From NCBI GenBank assembly GCA_951804945.1, contig OX638151.1:81964001-82028000 (forward strand): a DNA stretch of 64,000 bases, in the 5' to 3' direction. The translations under genes were made by a program, and so were the position numbers. This document shows, in pieces, positions 1-14,209 of this stretch. Each line of letters begins with the position of its first letter. Positions within the stretch are counted from its first letter, which is position 1. Below the pieces are notes generated by a model. It was not told the DNA's origin. It saw nothing but the letters and a program-made list of their open reading frames with translations, and ran no database searches. The stretch is from Podarcis cretensis. Its lineage: Eukaryota.

Positions 1-324
1 AGGTATGGATGGCGCGGAGCAGAGCCCGCCCCCCGCTGCGGTGGCTCCGAAACACCTGCAGTGGGCGGCGGGCTCAGCTCCGCGCTGGGAGAAAGCTGTC
101 CGGCGCGGAGCCCGCCCCCCGCTGCTGCTTTGGAAGCAGCAGCAGCGGGGGGCAGGCTCAGCTCCACAGCAGGCGGCTTTCTCCCGGCGTGGAGCTGAGC
201 CTGCCCCCTGCTGCTGCCCAACGTATTAGGCAACTGGGCTTATAAAACAAATTTCCAAATTGCAGCTGCCAATTTGGGGGGGTCGTCTAATACGCCCAGT
301 CGCCTAATCTGCCAGAATCTACGG
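1..324. mobile_element. Terminal part of a non-autonomous DNA transposon (Tc1/mariner-pogo/Tigger-like), truncated by the window edge
   Basis: GC-rich interior with internal direct repeats (GAGCCCGCCCCCCGCTGC twice), ending in ...GTCGTCTAATACGCC...GAATCTACGG followed by TA, then an abrupt switch to AT-rich intron. Family assigned from recalled terminus style. Confidence 0.5.
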
Positions 325-820
325 TAGTTTAACTTAGAGACTACCAATCATATCCCTTGCATGTTGATGGACAGTAGGGTATCCACTGCCCTTGAACTCT
401 ACATTCTAAGTTGGTTTATGATGAAGAACAGATACCATGGAATGGCAAAACCACGGCAGCACTGTTTACTGCCCATTTAACTCAACCTGTCCTTACTTCA
501 TGGATCAAGTTGAACAAAATGCTAAGAGTATTAAAAGAAAATAAGTATATGATAAAGTATGTGATTGAAGTTTCAGAACAGCCTCATTACATTTTCCCTT
601 ACCAAATTCAAATCCCCTTCAAATTTGTTTCTGCATTCACCTAGCAATACACATTCTGATACTCTAAAATATAAAAACTGATCACCCTTCCCAATTTTTG
701 GGAAATTCTTAAAAGATGTATAAATGTATTTTCCAGCCTGACAAACAAACCAGAAATGGATAGAAAAGGAGTAAAAGCCAACCTGATAAATGTTTTATTG
801 GATGTTTTATTATTTATTAC

Positions 821-953
821 CTGACAACCCAGTCAAGTTATCTTCTGGGATGAACTCCATGCCAAGTTTCTTCCCATTCTCAATGTAAGCTTTTTCCAGG
901 CTCTTGTTAGGAAGCACGTTGTAGTAATCATTTGCACCACCTTTTAATTCCAT
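821..953 (-). CDS. PM20D2: PM20D2 coding exon 5 (MELKGGANDYYNVLPNKSLEKAYIENGKKLGMEFIPEDNLTGLS-G)
   Basis: TCTAG acceptor and G|GTAATA donor, 133 nt. Continues the frame from exon 4 and resembles vertebrate PM20D2 (DYYNVLPNKSL). Later exons lie left of the window. Confidence 0.93.
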
Positions 954-2277
954 CTAGAGAAGAAAAATATTCATTTGCTTTGACACAAAAATACCAGATG
1001 AAGTCTAAACCAAAGGGCCTCCAACTCAATCCTATTTGTCTTACTCAGAGGTCAGTCCCACTGAACTCAAAGGGGCTTACTCTCAAAAATGCATAGGACT
1101 TAGTGTTTGGCTGAAATCTGAAACATACTTACCTGAGAACAAGCTGCAATTCAGTGTGGCTGACTTCAAAGTAAACATGCAAAGGATTACACTTTTAGGA
1201 ACTAATTAGCTTTCTTCGGCATTTCACATCCTATTTATACGAAGCATGAATGTGGCATTATCTTCTAGAACAAGCAAGCAATTTTCTGCTTCCTGCCCTT
1301 AGACAACTGCAAGCTTCTTGCAAAACAGGATAAATTAGAAATGTGGAATGTCAGCTTCCAAAGATGCCAATGGAAAAAAACACACAGCCAAGATTGTGTA
1401 AATTCTTGGAAGGGAGTTCCAACTGAATATGGAAGTGAGCTCTGGTTGGGAATTACTTTGAAGTAGAAGCTTTAGAAGCAGGATTAATCCCCTTAGGCTC
1501 CTCACTACTTTTATGATTTAAAGAAAATACCAAAGAAGGAAAAGTACTTAGAAACTGTTCAGTGAGAAAGGAAGCTTTTTAAAAAAAAAAGAAAAAGAAA
1601 AGAAAAACAGCCCAATGCTGAGTCCTTGTGTATTTAAAAGCATGTGAAAGGTCGCTCTTACTCGGGTATGCTTGCACTTTTGAGAACCAAGACTTGACAA
1701 AGTTGAGGCAATACCCTCAGTTAAGTCCAAAATATCAGCTATGCTGAGATGTTAGTTCAACGGGATCAGGGTTTTAGTTCAGAGATGGATAAATCTTTTC
1801 AGCCTGAGGGTTGAGGCCAATCTTCTGAGGGCCACATGCCAGTTGTGGTCATGGCCAAGCACACCCTGCTCTCACCACACACAGACCGCCACTTACACAC
1901 ACACACACACACACACACACGGAAACACATTCATTCCCATTACAGCACTGAGCTGAAACTTTTTCTCCAAGCACTGCAATGAGAGAAAGACAGAGGTGAC
2001 TGGACCATTTCAAACATCTTGACAGGCCTAATCACCCCAATCTAGGCTGCTTGGAGCCACAACTATAGGGGGAAACTGTCAGAGGGTAGGCTGACATGTA
2101 GATGTTATGCTTCTTTCAACTAAAGTCACTCAATAGGTCCTAGGTGGTTTGGCCAAGAAGTCATCCAGAGAGTGGCTGGGGCAACAGTCAGACAGGTGGG
2201 GAACAAATAATAATATTATCATTATTAGTCAGCTCACATTGTCACTTAAAAGCAAAATAAATCTTTATGAACCTTAC

Positions 2278-2432
2278 TTCACACCCTGTGGCCAGGGCTG
2301 CAGATTTAAAGCAGTTCTCTGCTTTTTCTGTCAGGATGGAGAGTTCTTTTAATGAAGGAGCACGCAAGTAAAATTCTAATTCAGCATAAGAAGGGATGAT
2401 ATTAGGTTTCACACCTCCATTCTTTATTATAC
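2278..2432 (-). CDS. PM20D2: PM20D2 coding exon 4 ([52 protein letters not shown])
   Basis: TTTTAG acceptor and GAA|GTAAGG donor, 155 nt. Contains the M20 dimerisation-domain motif GGVKPNIIP. Absent from the ORF track. Confidence 0.95.
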
Positions 2433-5400
2433 CTAAAAGAAGGAAGAACTGTGTTACTGAAATCAGAACTTTGAGTAGTATGTTTCTGAGGCTTCTGGCT
2501 AAAACAGGAAAGCCAAACTAATTTCTGCACCTGAGCCAACTCTCCAGCAGATGTGGGAACAAAAACAGATTTTCTTGCTTTCTTTTAGGAAAAAAAAACC
2601 TTGTGTCTTGAAATTTTATTTGATTTCAATAAAAAACCCACAAAGATTTGCATTCACGTTCTTCTCAGTTATTCATCTGTTGTCTTTCAGGATGAAATAA
2701 AATTGGATGGCATTGGAACAAGGGGGATTAAGGGAGCAGTAACACAGAGGCTGAATATATTTACTAGACCAGAAGTCAAGGCGTAAAAACATCCCTTTCA
2801 TATGCTAACCTCTGGGGAAAAGACTAAAGTGTAAATTAAAGCTGAACAATTTAACATGTTTTTGTGGCATAATTCAACTTTGCTTAACCAAGTTAGGCAT
2901 CAGTTTTGAACAGTACTCCTCCTAACATCTTTTTTCTGCCTCCCCCCCCCCCACGTAGTGCATGGTGGAAGAATACTAAAGTAGTGGGTTACACAACACC
3001 AACTGTCCATGAGCTGACCAAGAGAAAGGGATAAGAAATGAAAATATTTCAAACTCTTAAACAGTATCCATTTTAAGGAGCATTTTTTGTGCGAGCATTT
3101 GAAATAGGTAAGGGGGACAAAATTCCAGAACACCATCTTTTCCACCCTGGATGATATAAACAGTGTCACCCTTTGTCTGCCCATATATGCACTTTCCTTC
3201 TTCAAATTTTGTTACAAAGAGACTAGAGTGCTATCAAGGTGCAGCGTCATCAAATGGTAGAAACAGGTTTTAGATCAGAGAAGGTTCTGTATCAAAATCA
3301 AGTGTGTCGTTTGTTTGCTTTCCTGTTGGCCCAGATCTAACGCACAATAGGTAATAGCTGACATTCATCATACTCAATAGACCCATTGAAATCCATTGAT
3401 TTCAATCATTCTACTCCAAGTATGATAATTATCACTTAACAGCTCAAGTAAAGTTCCAGTTGAAACCACTTTGAATAAAGCAACTCTTGATCTGTTATAT
3501 ATGCATGTATGAAATTTTGCCCAGGCAAATGAATCTACTGTCAATTGGGAATTTCAAACAAGAATAAAGGGGTATGATACATTTCCATCTTAAAAGTCTT
3601 GCATGAATAGAATCTTGTTTGACTGAGTTCTGAATGACTCCAGCAAGAACAGGCTCTTTGTTTTAAGATAGTTTGAATTGCTACAATATTGTTATAACTC
3701 GGTGGTGCCCAGACCTAATGCACTTGCAATCTATGGCAATTTTTAGGCAGTAAATTATTTTTAGTTTTCTTCAATATACCTGGAATAGTTGCTTACCTGA
3801 ATAGTTCTTTAGTTGTCTTGGGCTATTCAAATCACTTGCTAGAATCCATCTGCTACACTACAGTAACTGAACATTGGCAGCAAAACTGAAAGCTGCATCT
3901 AATATTTATAAACCATCTAAATTTTATTAGGCCATGTACATAAAACTGGCAAGCTTCCCTGCTCCAAGAATCACTTTTACATTATGCAACAGTTGTATGA
4001 AGAAAATCAAAGTGAGTGTACAGAAATAGAAAGGTTTAACTTTAAGCAAAAACTGGCTGGCTCACAGGTGAGAGGCAATACTCAAGAGAGCTCCTGAGAA
4101 TGCCATCCATGTGTAGCAAAACTAGTTGTTGTCTTTGCTTCCGCTAAGATTCAACAAAGTTCCTACAAGCACATGTTATTCTAAGTATTATTCTAAAGAG
4201 CAAGCCCATGCTTGCACCATGCTGTGGCATCAATATGCACACTTTGACTAAGCTTCAATATGTACAAGACTTTTGAGATGCTATCTCTATATATGGTTGA
4301 TAAACAGGCTATAGAAAAATGAAGTGGTAACCTGCTGGTATAATCCCATTCTCACGTATTTCTGCACAAACTAGCTGGGAAGATGCAGACAGGGCAGTGC
4401 ACAGTGTTTTTCTGATACTGGTTGTATAATCCAATTTGGCCTCAATAAGGTACCAATGCTCACAAGAGCAAGAAGGCCCATCATACAAAAATGTGTAAGA
4501 TTTAAACCATGCACATGCTAAGAGTATTTTAATGGAAAATTATCACTTGAAAAGCAGCAAATCACTTGCAGTGCTGCCTGGGCCACAAATGCTTTCAATA
4601 ATTTAATGGTTTTGTGCAAAGAAAACTAATTACTATTAGCTTTCATGACCACATAAAAAACTAAATGTTGACCAGCAAGGTAACCTTGCCTATGGGGGGG
4701 GGGGGAAGTTTAAAAGAAGTAGAGCTACTCCAACCAGTTTAACCAGCAAGTACGTGCTATGAAGGGCACATCACAAAAAAACAAAAACAAATCGGGAATG
4801 CAGGAAGACATACCATTCCTTTCTTATCATCACTAACAGATGAGCTTTGCCTCACTCTTTTCAATTTGCTATTCTTATTTGATAGCTCTAGTACAGATAA
4901 AAATTAACAAGGGCAGAAATTTGATGGGAGGAAACAAAGACGAGAAAAAGTAACAAGTCAGAAAGACCATGTTACCTTAAATTGAAAGTATTATGGATGA
5001 CAAGTTGCTCAAAACCTTTTACATTTTAGTTTATATGGGGTGAGGGGGAATCTTCCACTGAGAATATTTTTTTATGCAGTATTCAGAAGTACTACAACAG
5101 TGACCCATAATTCTATCTGGAAGGTATTAACGCCATTGCTTTGGAAATCAAACAGCAACATAAATCATATGGGTGCTTCTGGATGAGAGCTTATCCAATA
5201 GGGTGGAGAGGTATCCAATGGGGAACTCCTGAGAGAAGCTGATCAAAGCTGATTGTTGGGGCTATGCTTTGAAGGCCTGATAATCAGCTGACAGTCAGGG
5301 TTTCAAAGTGTCAGCCCAACACACATCAGCAGTGCCTCCAATCTCCTCTAGTGACCCAGGTGCAACTTTACCTGCCTCACACCTGACCTCATGGGTAGGA

Positions 5401-6683
5401 CCAGAGGTGTAGGATAGGTAGCTGTGGATTGGTCAAAACTGCCAAATGGGCCTATTGGGCTTTTAGAACAATAGTTACTTTACCATGCAGATGGAAACCA
5501 AACCTTTTCACTATTAACTAACTTCAGTCAAGTTAATGAATTGCAAGTGTTTATGGCTAATTTGATCCCTTTGGTTAGCTGTCTAGATTAGTTGCCACAT
5601 ATTTTTAAACAACGTTGTATAAACTAGAAATCCTTCTACAGTTAGACCCATATTATTATGGTCAGGTATAGACAAACAGTAGACTACATGCTACTGGACC
5701 ATAGCACTTCAGCCTTGCAGCTTACAAAACTGTGCCTCATCCTCACAATAATTGCTATATATAGTTAACTAGCACTTAATAGAAAAGCTAAACTGGAACG
5801 CTATTTGAGCATTCAATTATATAACCATCACCTCTTCCAGGACTCCACTAATAAATGTATCAGTTGCATGAACTGCAGAGCTTGTGTTACAGACACTTAT
5901 GAGTGTGTAACTCGTATGCTTTACACATCTGAATGACACAAGCTTAGCACAGCATGCATTCTAACCTCTGACTAAGGGTGAGGAGCAGATCCTATAAGCA
6001 TCCCCAAAGCATAAAAAAGATGGAAGGAGAAATAGAGAGCTGCACCAACTGCCAGGGTATGATAACCCACATTTGGGGGAAAACAAATGTGTGAAGACTC
6101 GCTGTTACAATACACATTATTGCAGGTGTCTGCCATCATAATACTCAACACCAATCACCATCTGATGAACGTTCATTAACCTTGGCTAATTAAACCATAC
6201 ATGGAGCCTGACTGCTCTCACCACCCCTGGTATGAGCAGATAAAATCAGCTTAGAACAACATCCAAACTTGGGTTCATGGTTTGTTCTCCCTAACAAGCG
6301 AGAATTTGCCAACAACAAACTAAGTAAACATAGCTTGTTAGGGTGAAACAAATCACAATCCAAACTTCAGACATCTTGCTATATGGGTTCAATTACCTAT
6401 GGGCTGCATACACCAGGATGCAGCTCACACAATATGATTTCTTAAGCAAACAACCCTGACATATTGCTTTGGGAAAACATGACCAAAGTCTATTAAGTGA
6501 ACATATCCATACCAAAGTTGTATAGCTCTTAAAGAACTTTCAACTTTACCAACAGATTGAACATTTATCGGAAAACTAAACACATGAACAGCCATTTTCA
6601 TTTTAATGTTAACATGCCAGATACATTATAAAACAGTGCCTGAAGTATTACTTGCTGGACATAAGATTTAATGAACATCTCAC

Positions 6684-6826
6684 CATGAACTCTCCATGTT
6701 GGTTTCATTTGCTGTCTTAAAACTGACAGATTGTTGTATGCAAGAACAGCAGCATCTAATGCATTTACTCCTTCCCAAGGGTAAGCAGCAGCATGAGAAG
6801 CTTTTCCATAGTATTTCACAGTCACA
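6684..6826 (-). CDS. PM20D2: PM20D2 coding exon 3 ([48 protein letters not shown])
   Basis: CTAG acceptor and G|GTGAGA donor, 143 nt. M20D motif [19 protein letters not shown]. Phases fit exons 2 and 4. Confidence 0.95.
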
Positions 6827-9800
6827 CTAGGAAATAAAAGCCATCACTGGTTTTTAAACACTTTTTGAAAGGAAAAATATCCCTTTGGATTCATTCAACG
6901 AACTTAAGTTCTAATGAGATAAAGGCCTATGCTATAATATAGGGGTTTGCTTTTTTTTAACCTCAATCCTCTATAAAGATAATTGCTGGAAAAACAGACC
7001 AACATGTTTTGAGAGTAGGAGGTATTCAATACAGAGCTTTGATACTCAAAGCTGATCTTTGTCATCACAAAACCAAGTCTGACATTTATATGGACCACGT
7101 GTACTGAAATTAAGGTACATACAAGACAGGAACTAACTTCTGTGGAAATAAAGAATATTAGTATATTAGACAGAAATAAATTGTGTCTGGTAGAGAAATA
7201 TCTTAACAAATCAACTAAGAAAACAGACATTTTCAAAAGGCGTGAATCAAATAACAAACTACAATCAACTGGTGTGAGATTTCCTGACAACTCAGTTCAC
7301 CACCTCCCCTCAATTACAATACCCAACACAATTGTCCTCATCCAGAGATCCTTTCCAAATAGAGAACAATTCAAGCATCTCATGAGAAGGAAGTACACAT
7401 AAATGTTTATTTATACATGGTTCATCCACTGAATGGGGGGGAACCATTCTCAATGGAGGAGCTCCATGCATTCTGAGCTGCCTTAGCCAGAACCATTTGG
7501 TTTGTCAGGATGATAGAACACAACAGATGCTTTACTATTAGCAATAATATTGAATAACTGCTGCAGTGTTTTCTACCTTTTTAAACAAAAAACAAAAAAA
7601 ACACACTGCATTTTCTAAATTTAAAAAGATCAGATGATGGCCAGCTCTGCCACTGAATTGAATTATACAGATTGCAGTATCCCTGACAAATTTAAAAACC
7701 TTGCCTTGTTTATTTTCATGAAAAAGAACTGTGTTCAAACCAACATAATCCTAAATTAAAATTTAATCACAACTAAGTAAGACCTGAATTTTGAAAAGCA
7801 ATGTTAAAAAATTAGCATGAAAAATTTAGAGTTCAAGGAACTAGCACCGTTATAACGTTGGCCTATAAAACCTGCTGGGATCAAAAGATTAGTAAATGTC
7901 CTCTTGTATTTATTTATTTATGTATGTATTTACTACATTTATATCCCACCTGTCCTCCAATGAGCTCAAAGGGATGTAGGTGTTTCTCTCTCTGCAGACG
8001 ACCCTCACAACAACCCCAAGTGATCGGTTATGCTGAGTTGGTGAGCTTCACAGCCAAGTGAAGATTTGGCACTCTAACCACAATACCACACTGGTTATCT
8101 ATCATATTCTGGCATATATCATATTCTTCCTAAGATCTTAAGAGATCTATAAAGATATGAAACCAGCTGCAACAAATTGCAACTACTCAAGAGTCTAAAT
8201 ATGTACATCTGATGACTTTATTCTGACCTTGGGAAACTTGAGTTACACTTAGGTAAGATGACTACTTGAGGCTTAGTATTAAAAATCATTAATTAGAAAC
8301 AGGTATTAAGCACACTATGAACTGTGAGCAAACAATCCCAAATGTCCCGCATTACACGGGATCCTTGCATAGGCTTTTTGCTTACATGGCTTCATTTTCA
8401 AAGCGTCATTTATCATCTAGGGTGTGTGAGTTATTCTGTTGCAAACCTATTCTTCTTTGGCTGCAGCCAAGTTTGGAGACTGTGCAGACTTTGTTCAAAA
8501 ATACACTGATATGTGTTTAATAAAACTTGACAGAAATTATAACGAAAAGGTTAGGACAAACACAAAAGCCAAAGGTAAAGACAGCAGTTTGCAATGTCCT
8601 GTGTGAAGACAAACTTGACACATTTCCCAACCAAAAACTATGAAGAATTCAGCAAACAGTTTTCCAGAGTGCAGAATATTTGTTGCTGAGGTTTTCCTAG
8701 AATCAAGAGTTATAAAAACATTGTTAAATAAATGTGGATATGCTGTGTATCAGCACTATCCACTTCCAACATGACCCAAACATAACCCCAGCAATACATG
8801 CTAGGTGAAACATATAAAGCTATATCCGAAGACAGCCCAGCCTTTCAGGGTCATGCCAGGCTATGGAGTTCAGTAGCATAAGTTATATAAAGTAGGATAG
8901 AGAAGCAGCATAAATGCTATAGATAAGAGAAACAAGAGAATCATACTTCTGTCCCAACTGAATCATAGGGAATACTGTTGTTAAGCTCAGAATGCCAGTG
9001 CTCTTCCATCCTTATGCATATATAGTTAAAAGGTCTATACTAGCAGTCTACTGAGAGCTACTGGAAATGTTGATTCAACACTGCTGTTGAACATAGAAAT
9101 GCTAATCATGAAATCCTACAGCTCCTCTCACCGAGGTATGATGTATTGGCAAAAATTGGTAGCCGAGTTTGCTTGTTTTCCTCTTCCCTCCCTATGCATC
9201 CTCTTTTCCCTTCTGTGATGTGAGTGATACCCAACTAAGCCATACTTAGACCAGACCCATTAAAACGGGCTAAAATCCATTGCTGTCAGTGGGTCTACAG
9301 CATATTATGACTATCACTGAATATCACTGTCTTTCAGACTGCATGCCTGTGAGCAGGTCATCTTGCTACTGATCTTATGTCATCTGCTCTGGAAGCCTTT
9401 TCAACAGAAAAATGGGTAAAAATACTTAAGGTAGCCTGGCCCAAGAACTAGGATAGAATCCATCAATTATTTGTCAAAGGCCTTTCTCTGTGCGTCCTGA
9501 AGTTAGGTGAGTGACTAGTGGGAGAAGTGCCTTTTCAGTGCTGGAACTCTCCTCTTAGATATGTTCAACTGTTCCTTCATCATTACAATTTGGGCAAATC
9601 TGTTCTGTCTGCTTGGAATGGTAATGGCATTTGGTGGCCTGTTATGATACACACCACCCTTTTAATTGGATCACTGCTTTAAGTGTTATTTTCTGACTCA
9701 ATTTTATTTGCTGCTACGTTTTAAAAATTGTGCTAGCCAGTTTGAGATGGATGCGAAAGGTGGGGTATAAATTCCTAAAATGAGTAGCATTCAAAAACTT

Positions 9801-11033
9801 GCTTTGTACAGTTCTCTCTTGGAAATCTCCAACGAGCTCTGAACTTCTAAGCAATAATTCAGTACTGTACTGTAAGTTCAATACTGCCCCATGTATCAAA
9901 AATAACATATCCCTATTACTACAATGGCAATTTTGAGAAGTAAATGCGTAGAACTTTCCTACTAGTTGTTTTGGTATGTGCAGGGATATGGAAGCTAAGA
10001 ATACAAAAAGCATCTGAAAGTAAACACTTTCAACAGAGCTCTGTTTCCAGCTGGTCTTCATATACTGATGTCCACCACCTCCCTTCCCGCTAATCCTGCT
10101 ATTACTGTGCAGGAGTAGAGGATCAAGCACCAGGTGTACTGCATCCAGGGAGGGAAAAAAAGATTATGTTCTGCAAATGGAGACAATTCAAAGGGCTGTG
10201 TTTTTACTTGATGAATTACCTGCAGGAGAAGACGTGAAAACATTAGAATTAGTACTGTAATTCTACTGTAAAGTAATCTGTTACATGAGACCACAATTAA
10301 TTATAAAGCTCATAGCTTCTGGCATTAGATTTTGTGCCCATTCTGTTCAATATGAAGAACAAAGGAAGATTAAGTCAAGACATACTGAAAAAACTGTACT
10401 AAATTTCTATGAAGGGATAACATCCCTACCACACATATTGGGGGTCAAGAGGGGAAGGAATCTCATCTTAGTCTCTATAAAGATGTTGTGTGGTTTTCAA
10501 AAGAAGTGAGGAAGTGTTCTTCCATCTCTAGTCACAAGAAATCATCTGTGCTGGTCAGCTCACTTCAAAAATGGAAAGCCATCTCTAACAATGATGAGGA
10601 AAGGCACTTGAAGCTTGTAATATTTACTAGTGATCCAATGAGAGCTAGGTGGTGAAATGAAGCCACACCTTTTATTTATTTAAAGCATTTTTATCCTGCT
10701 CTTCAGTCACAAAAGGTGCCCTGAGTGGCTTAGGATGAGCCTTTCTATTAAAAAAAACAAAAAAACAAATTGGGGTGAAAATCACGACTTTTGCAAAGGA
10801 TTTTTTTTTTTTTTTACAAATATACGTTGTTTGTCATTGCAATATCTGCAACACACCACTGCTTTCCTGATACAGAAGGCTACTGAGATGTCAACATAGC
10901 CATCATACCCTGGGTGTGAACTTCACTATGGCAGAAAGGCAGTCAAAAAACAGAATACCAAGAGGAATGGGGCACTCTGCATTTCTGGGTTGGTGTGTTA
11001 ACTGCCAGAAACTTTTAAGAAAAGCACAATGCA

Positions 11034-11268
11034 CAGTAACACCTCTGGTTACGAACCGTCCTCCTTGCGAACACTTCGGGTTACAAGCTCTGCTATCCTG
11101 GAAGTAGGTGCTCCTGGTTGCAAACTTTGCCCCGGGATGTGAGCAGAAATCGCACTCCAGAGGCCCGCAGGAGGCCCCATTAGTGAAAGCGCGCCTCAGG
11201 TTAAGAACGGTTTCGAGTTGAGAGCGGACCTCCAGAAAGAATTAAGTTCGTAAGCAGAGGTACCACTG
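11034..11268. mobile_element. Tigger/mariner-like MITE
   Basis: Imperfect terminal inverted repeats CAGTAACACCTCTGGTTACGAAC ... GTTCGTAAGCAGAGGTACCACTG followed by TA. Confidence 0.75.
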
Positions 11269-12774
11269 TATTCAATTCTATATACAATCTTAATTGTATA
11301 CAGCCGAACATCAGTTCTACTTGTTCTTAATATGCCTATGTGTGGTCATCTTTGCAGAAATGTGAAAGGAAATATAAAAGTTTTTAACACTCCACTGTAC
11401 AGCTTTGAGTCACAAGACATTTAGGTCTACATTGCAGGCAAACACCAGATCTAATTTCTGGAGATGTTCGGTAATGAGATCAGCTGAAACAAACTCCTTT
11501 AATAATCACATGAAGAAATATTGTATAACCAGAATTGCTTCCAACTAAACAGAATGACTTCAAAAACACCCAGCACCAACTCTAGTCCCAATAATGGTTC
11601 TGTTCAAATATATTAACAAATGTGTATAAAGAGTAAAACAAATTGTGGGTGGAAGGGTGTTTGTTAAACTGCAGCATCTCCTATTCCAATAAAGTTGGCA
11701 GTTTCATGAACGCTATCACACATCAGGAAATGAAATTTATACCTTGAGCTAAATTAAAAAATCATTGTTAGGGTTACCTAGCTACTGGTCCAACTGATTT
11801 AAAAACAAAACAAAACAGAAGCTCATTAGACAACTTGAATAAGATGATGTTGAATAAAGATATGTTTCAAATACGTAAAAGTCCCTGAAAATGAAGCCCT
11901 GCTGTAATTCACTACAAAGTGACATAAGTGACATAATTTTGCATGCAATACTTTACTCAGAATGTGCATATAATTGTAAATATATAGAATAAGATCAATA
12001 ACTGAAGATCTTAGGACCAACTCTAGATGGAGGCTCTATCTGCCCCCTCCTCCCAACAACCAGGGGAGTAAAAAACATGTAGAGAGTAGCAGTTCTGGAA
12101 CTAAAACTTGCTGGCAGATCACTGGGTAGGATATTGCTTAAGGAGGATGGGAAGTAACTCAGTGGCACAGCATCTGCTTTGCATTCAGGAAATTGCAGGT
12201 TCAATCCCCTGCATCTCCAGGTAGTGCAAGGCGAGCTAGATAGACCAATGGACCTGTGTTCTGTGCATGGACTCCATCACCCAAACTGAAGTACTGGTTA
12301 CTGGGAGCAGGTTGGCTTTGGAGGTCCTCATATCTTCCTCACACATCACCCCAACTTTCCCCAGTACACAGCTAAGAAGAAAAGTACGTAGGAGAATTGT
12401 GGGTGAGCTTCTTCTGGACAGCATAGTGAGAAAGAACAGGACCTTTGGCACAAGAGGCCTTGGGAGCTGTTTCATAATGCCACCCAGCCTTCTTTTCTTA
12501 CTGGGGCCCTTTAGGATAATGAATTAACGGTTATGGTATAAAAACTCAAACCTCACGTAATACAAGTTAATTGAAGTAGAAACTTGTTTCGCTTGACAGC
12601 TCCACACAAGCACCACGTGCTCATTAGCGGTTTATTAGAAACAGCAGCAGAACGTTACATAAATTGTTCCAAGTGCCCTTTGGAAAGCCAAATGAGTAAC
12701 ACAAAAGTGGATCAAAAGTGAAAGGCTTGTTACAATGGCCAAGTAAACAATGCCTCCCATTCCAGTTTACTCAC

Positions 12775-12923
12775 TCATGTTCTGCTACGTCGGGCAAATA
12801 TGCTGCATCTTCTTGGGATGGATGGGCCATGAAAACAACGTCCAGACCATCGAAAGCCCCAGCTTTGATCAAGTCGATTTTGCCGCCTCCGTCTTCTTCG
12901 GCAGGGGTGCCCAACACGGTGAC
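12775..12923 (-). CDS. PM20D2: PM20D2 coding exon 2 ([50 protein letters not shown])
   Basis: TTTCAG acceptor and GA|GTGAGT donor, 149 nt. Contains the M20 catalytic/metal motif GTPAEE and MAHP. Confidence 0.95.
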
Positions 12924-13129
12924 CTGAAAGCAAAGGTGACAAGTGGGTCAGGAAGAGCAGCAAAATACCAAAGCATCCCGGGGTGCAGGACGTGGCACTC
13001 TCTTTACGGGTCTTTATTTACCCACAGGTTTACAAGTTGCATATACACCTCCAGAGATCTTTCTAGGGCACTTTGCGAAAACAAGACGCAAAGAATGGGC
13101 ATGGTGAGAACTACAGCAGCGTCCCAGCG

Positions 13130-14030
13130 GGGCCCCCCCCCAAAAAAAAGGAAAGAAAAAAGAGGGGGCTCAGAAAGGTTGTGGGTTGAAGGCAGGAGAT
13201 GCGGGGCGCAGCTTCTCTCCCTCTCCCCCCACCCACCCTGCACCTTGACGGCGGGGACGTGGCGGGACGGTCCGTCGGCGGCTCCGCTCGGGCGGAGGCT
13301 CTCCAGGGCGCCCTTCAGGCCCAGCGCGGCGGCGGCGCCCACTTCGGCGATGAGGTTGTGGCCGCAGGCGTGGCCGATGCCCGGCAGGGCGTCGTACTCG
13401 CACAAGAAGCCCAGACGGAGGGGCGCCTTCTGCCCGTCCTCGGCTGCGGCGGCGGCGGCGGTCGGAGCAGCCCCCGCGGCGTCCCCCTCGCCGCCCCACT
13501 GCCAGTCCGCCCGCAAGGCCGTCTCCAGCTTGTAGCTGCGCTGCACCAGCCAAGCGCCGGCCGGCGAGGACCCCGGGGCCAGGCCGGCGAAGAAGCGGGC
13601 GAGGGCGTCGTGCGCCTGGCGCTCCTCGTAAGCCAGCTCCGGCCGGCTCCAGATCTCGCGGCTCAGCTCGGCCAGCCGCTCCGACGACGCCTCGATGCAC
13701 TCGGCCGCCCGGCGCTTCAGCTCCTCCAGGCGCGCCTCGGACGCCTCGTTCGGCCTCATCGGAAAAGGAGCTCGTTCTAAGGGAGAATCAACGGGAACAA
13801 CAACGGCGCGCTGCAGCGTCAGAAGGAAAAGAGCCGCCACCGGCTTCGCAACCACGACAGCCACCGGCAAATGTCTGAAACCCGCGCCGCCCGAAGGGCT
13901 TATATAGCCTCGGTTAGCAGCCCTAGCCGGGACTTTCTTCCGCAGAGCTTGCTGGGAAAAGTAGTCGCTTTTCTTTAACACTCCGCGAATAGTTCTAAAA
14001 GGGAAAACAGCTCCTGCCGCTGCGTGCTGC
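13130..14030 (-). promoter_or_regulatory. CpG island / PM20D2 promoter with candidate TATA box (TATATAAG, minus strand, 13906-13899)
   Basis: CpG-dense sequence covering exon 1. TATA-like motif about 140 nt upstream of the ATG. Confidence 0.65.
13244..13759 (-). CDS. PM20D2: PM20D2 coding exon 1 (peptidase M20 domain-containing protein 2), [15 protein letters not shown]...[10 protein letters not shown]...PAVK
   Basis: ATG at 13759, 516 nt, AAG|GTGCAG donor. Motifs [11 protein letters not shown] and [20 protein letters not shown]. Lies in a CpG island. Confidence 0.92.
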
Positions 14031-14209
14031 TTAAGCTACCCAAGTGTTGTTGCTCAGGTGTATATATAGGGTTTAACCTGAGCCGAGGATCAACACCGAA
14101 ACCTAATCCTACCTCTTTTCCTAGAAGTAACTCGATACAGGGCATTGTTCAACCACCAGGGACAGAGGTTAAAAAAAGGTTATTTCTGGACTAGGCTATT
14201 GGGTCAATA

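Noticed and set aside
12145-12225. tRNA-like sequence (also the heads at 21345-21398, 32182 and 49351)
   Set aside because: These are degenerate tRNA-derived SINE heads without a complete cloverleaf, not tRNA genes.
12750-13981. Long overlapping ORFs (261, 193 and 176 aa) and the N- and C-terminal extensions of the 325-aa ORF
   Set aside because: These are shadows of GC-rich PM20D2 exon 1. Homology is limited to 13759-13244, and the extensions use a non-ATG start or run into the intron.
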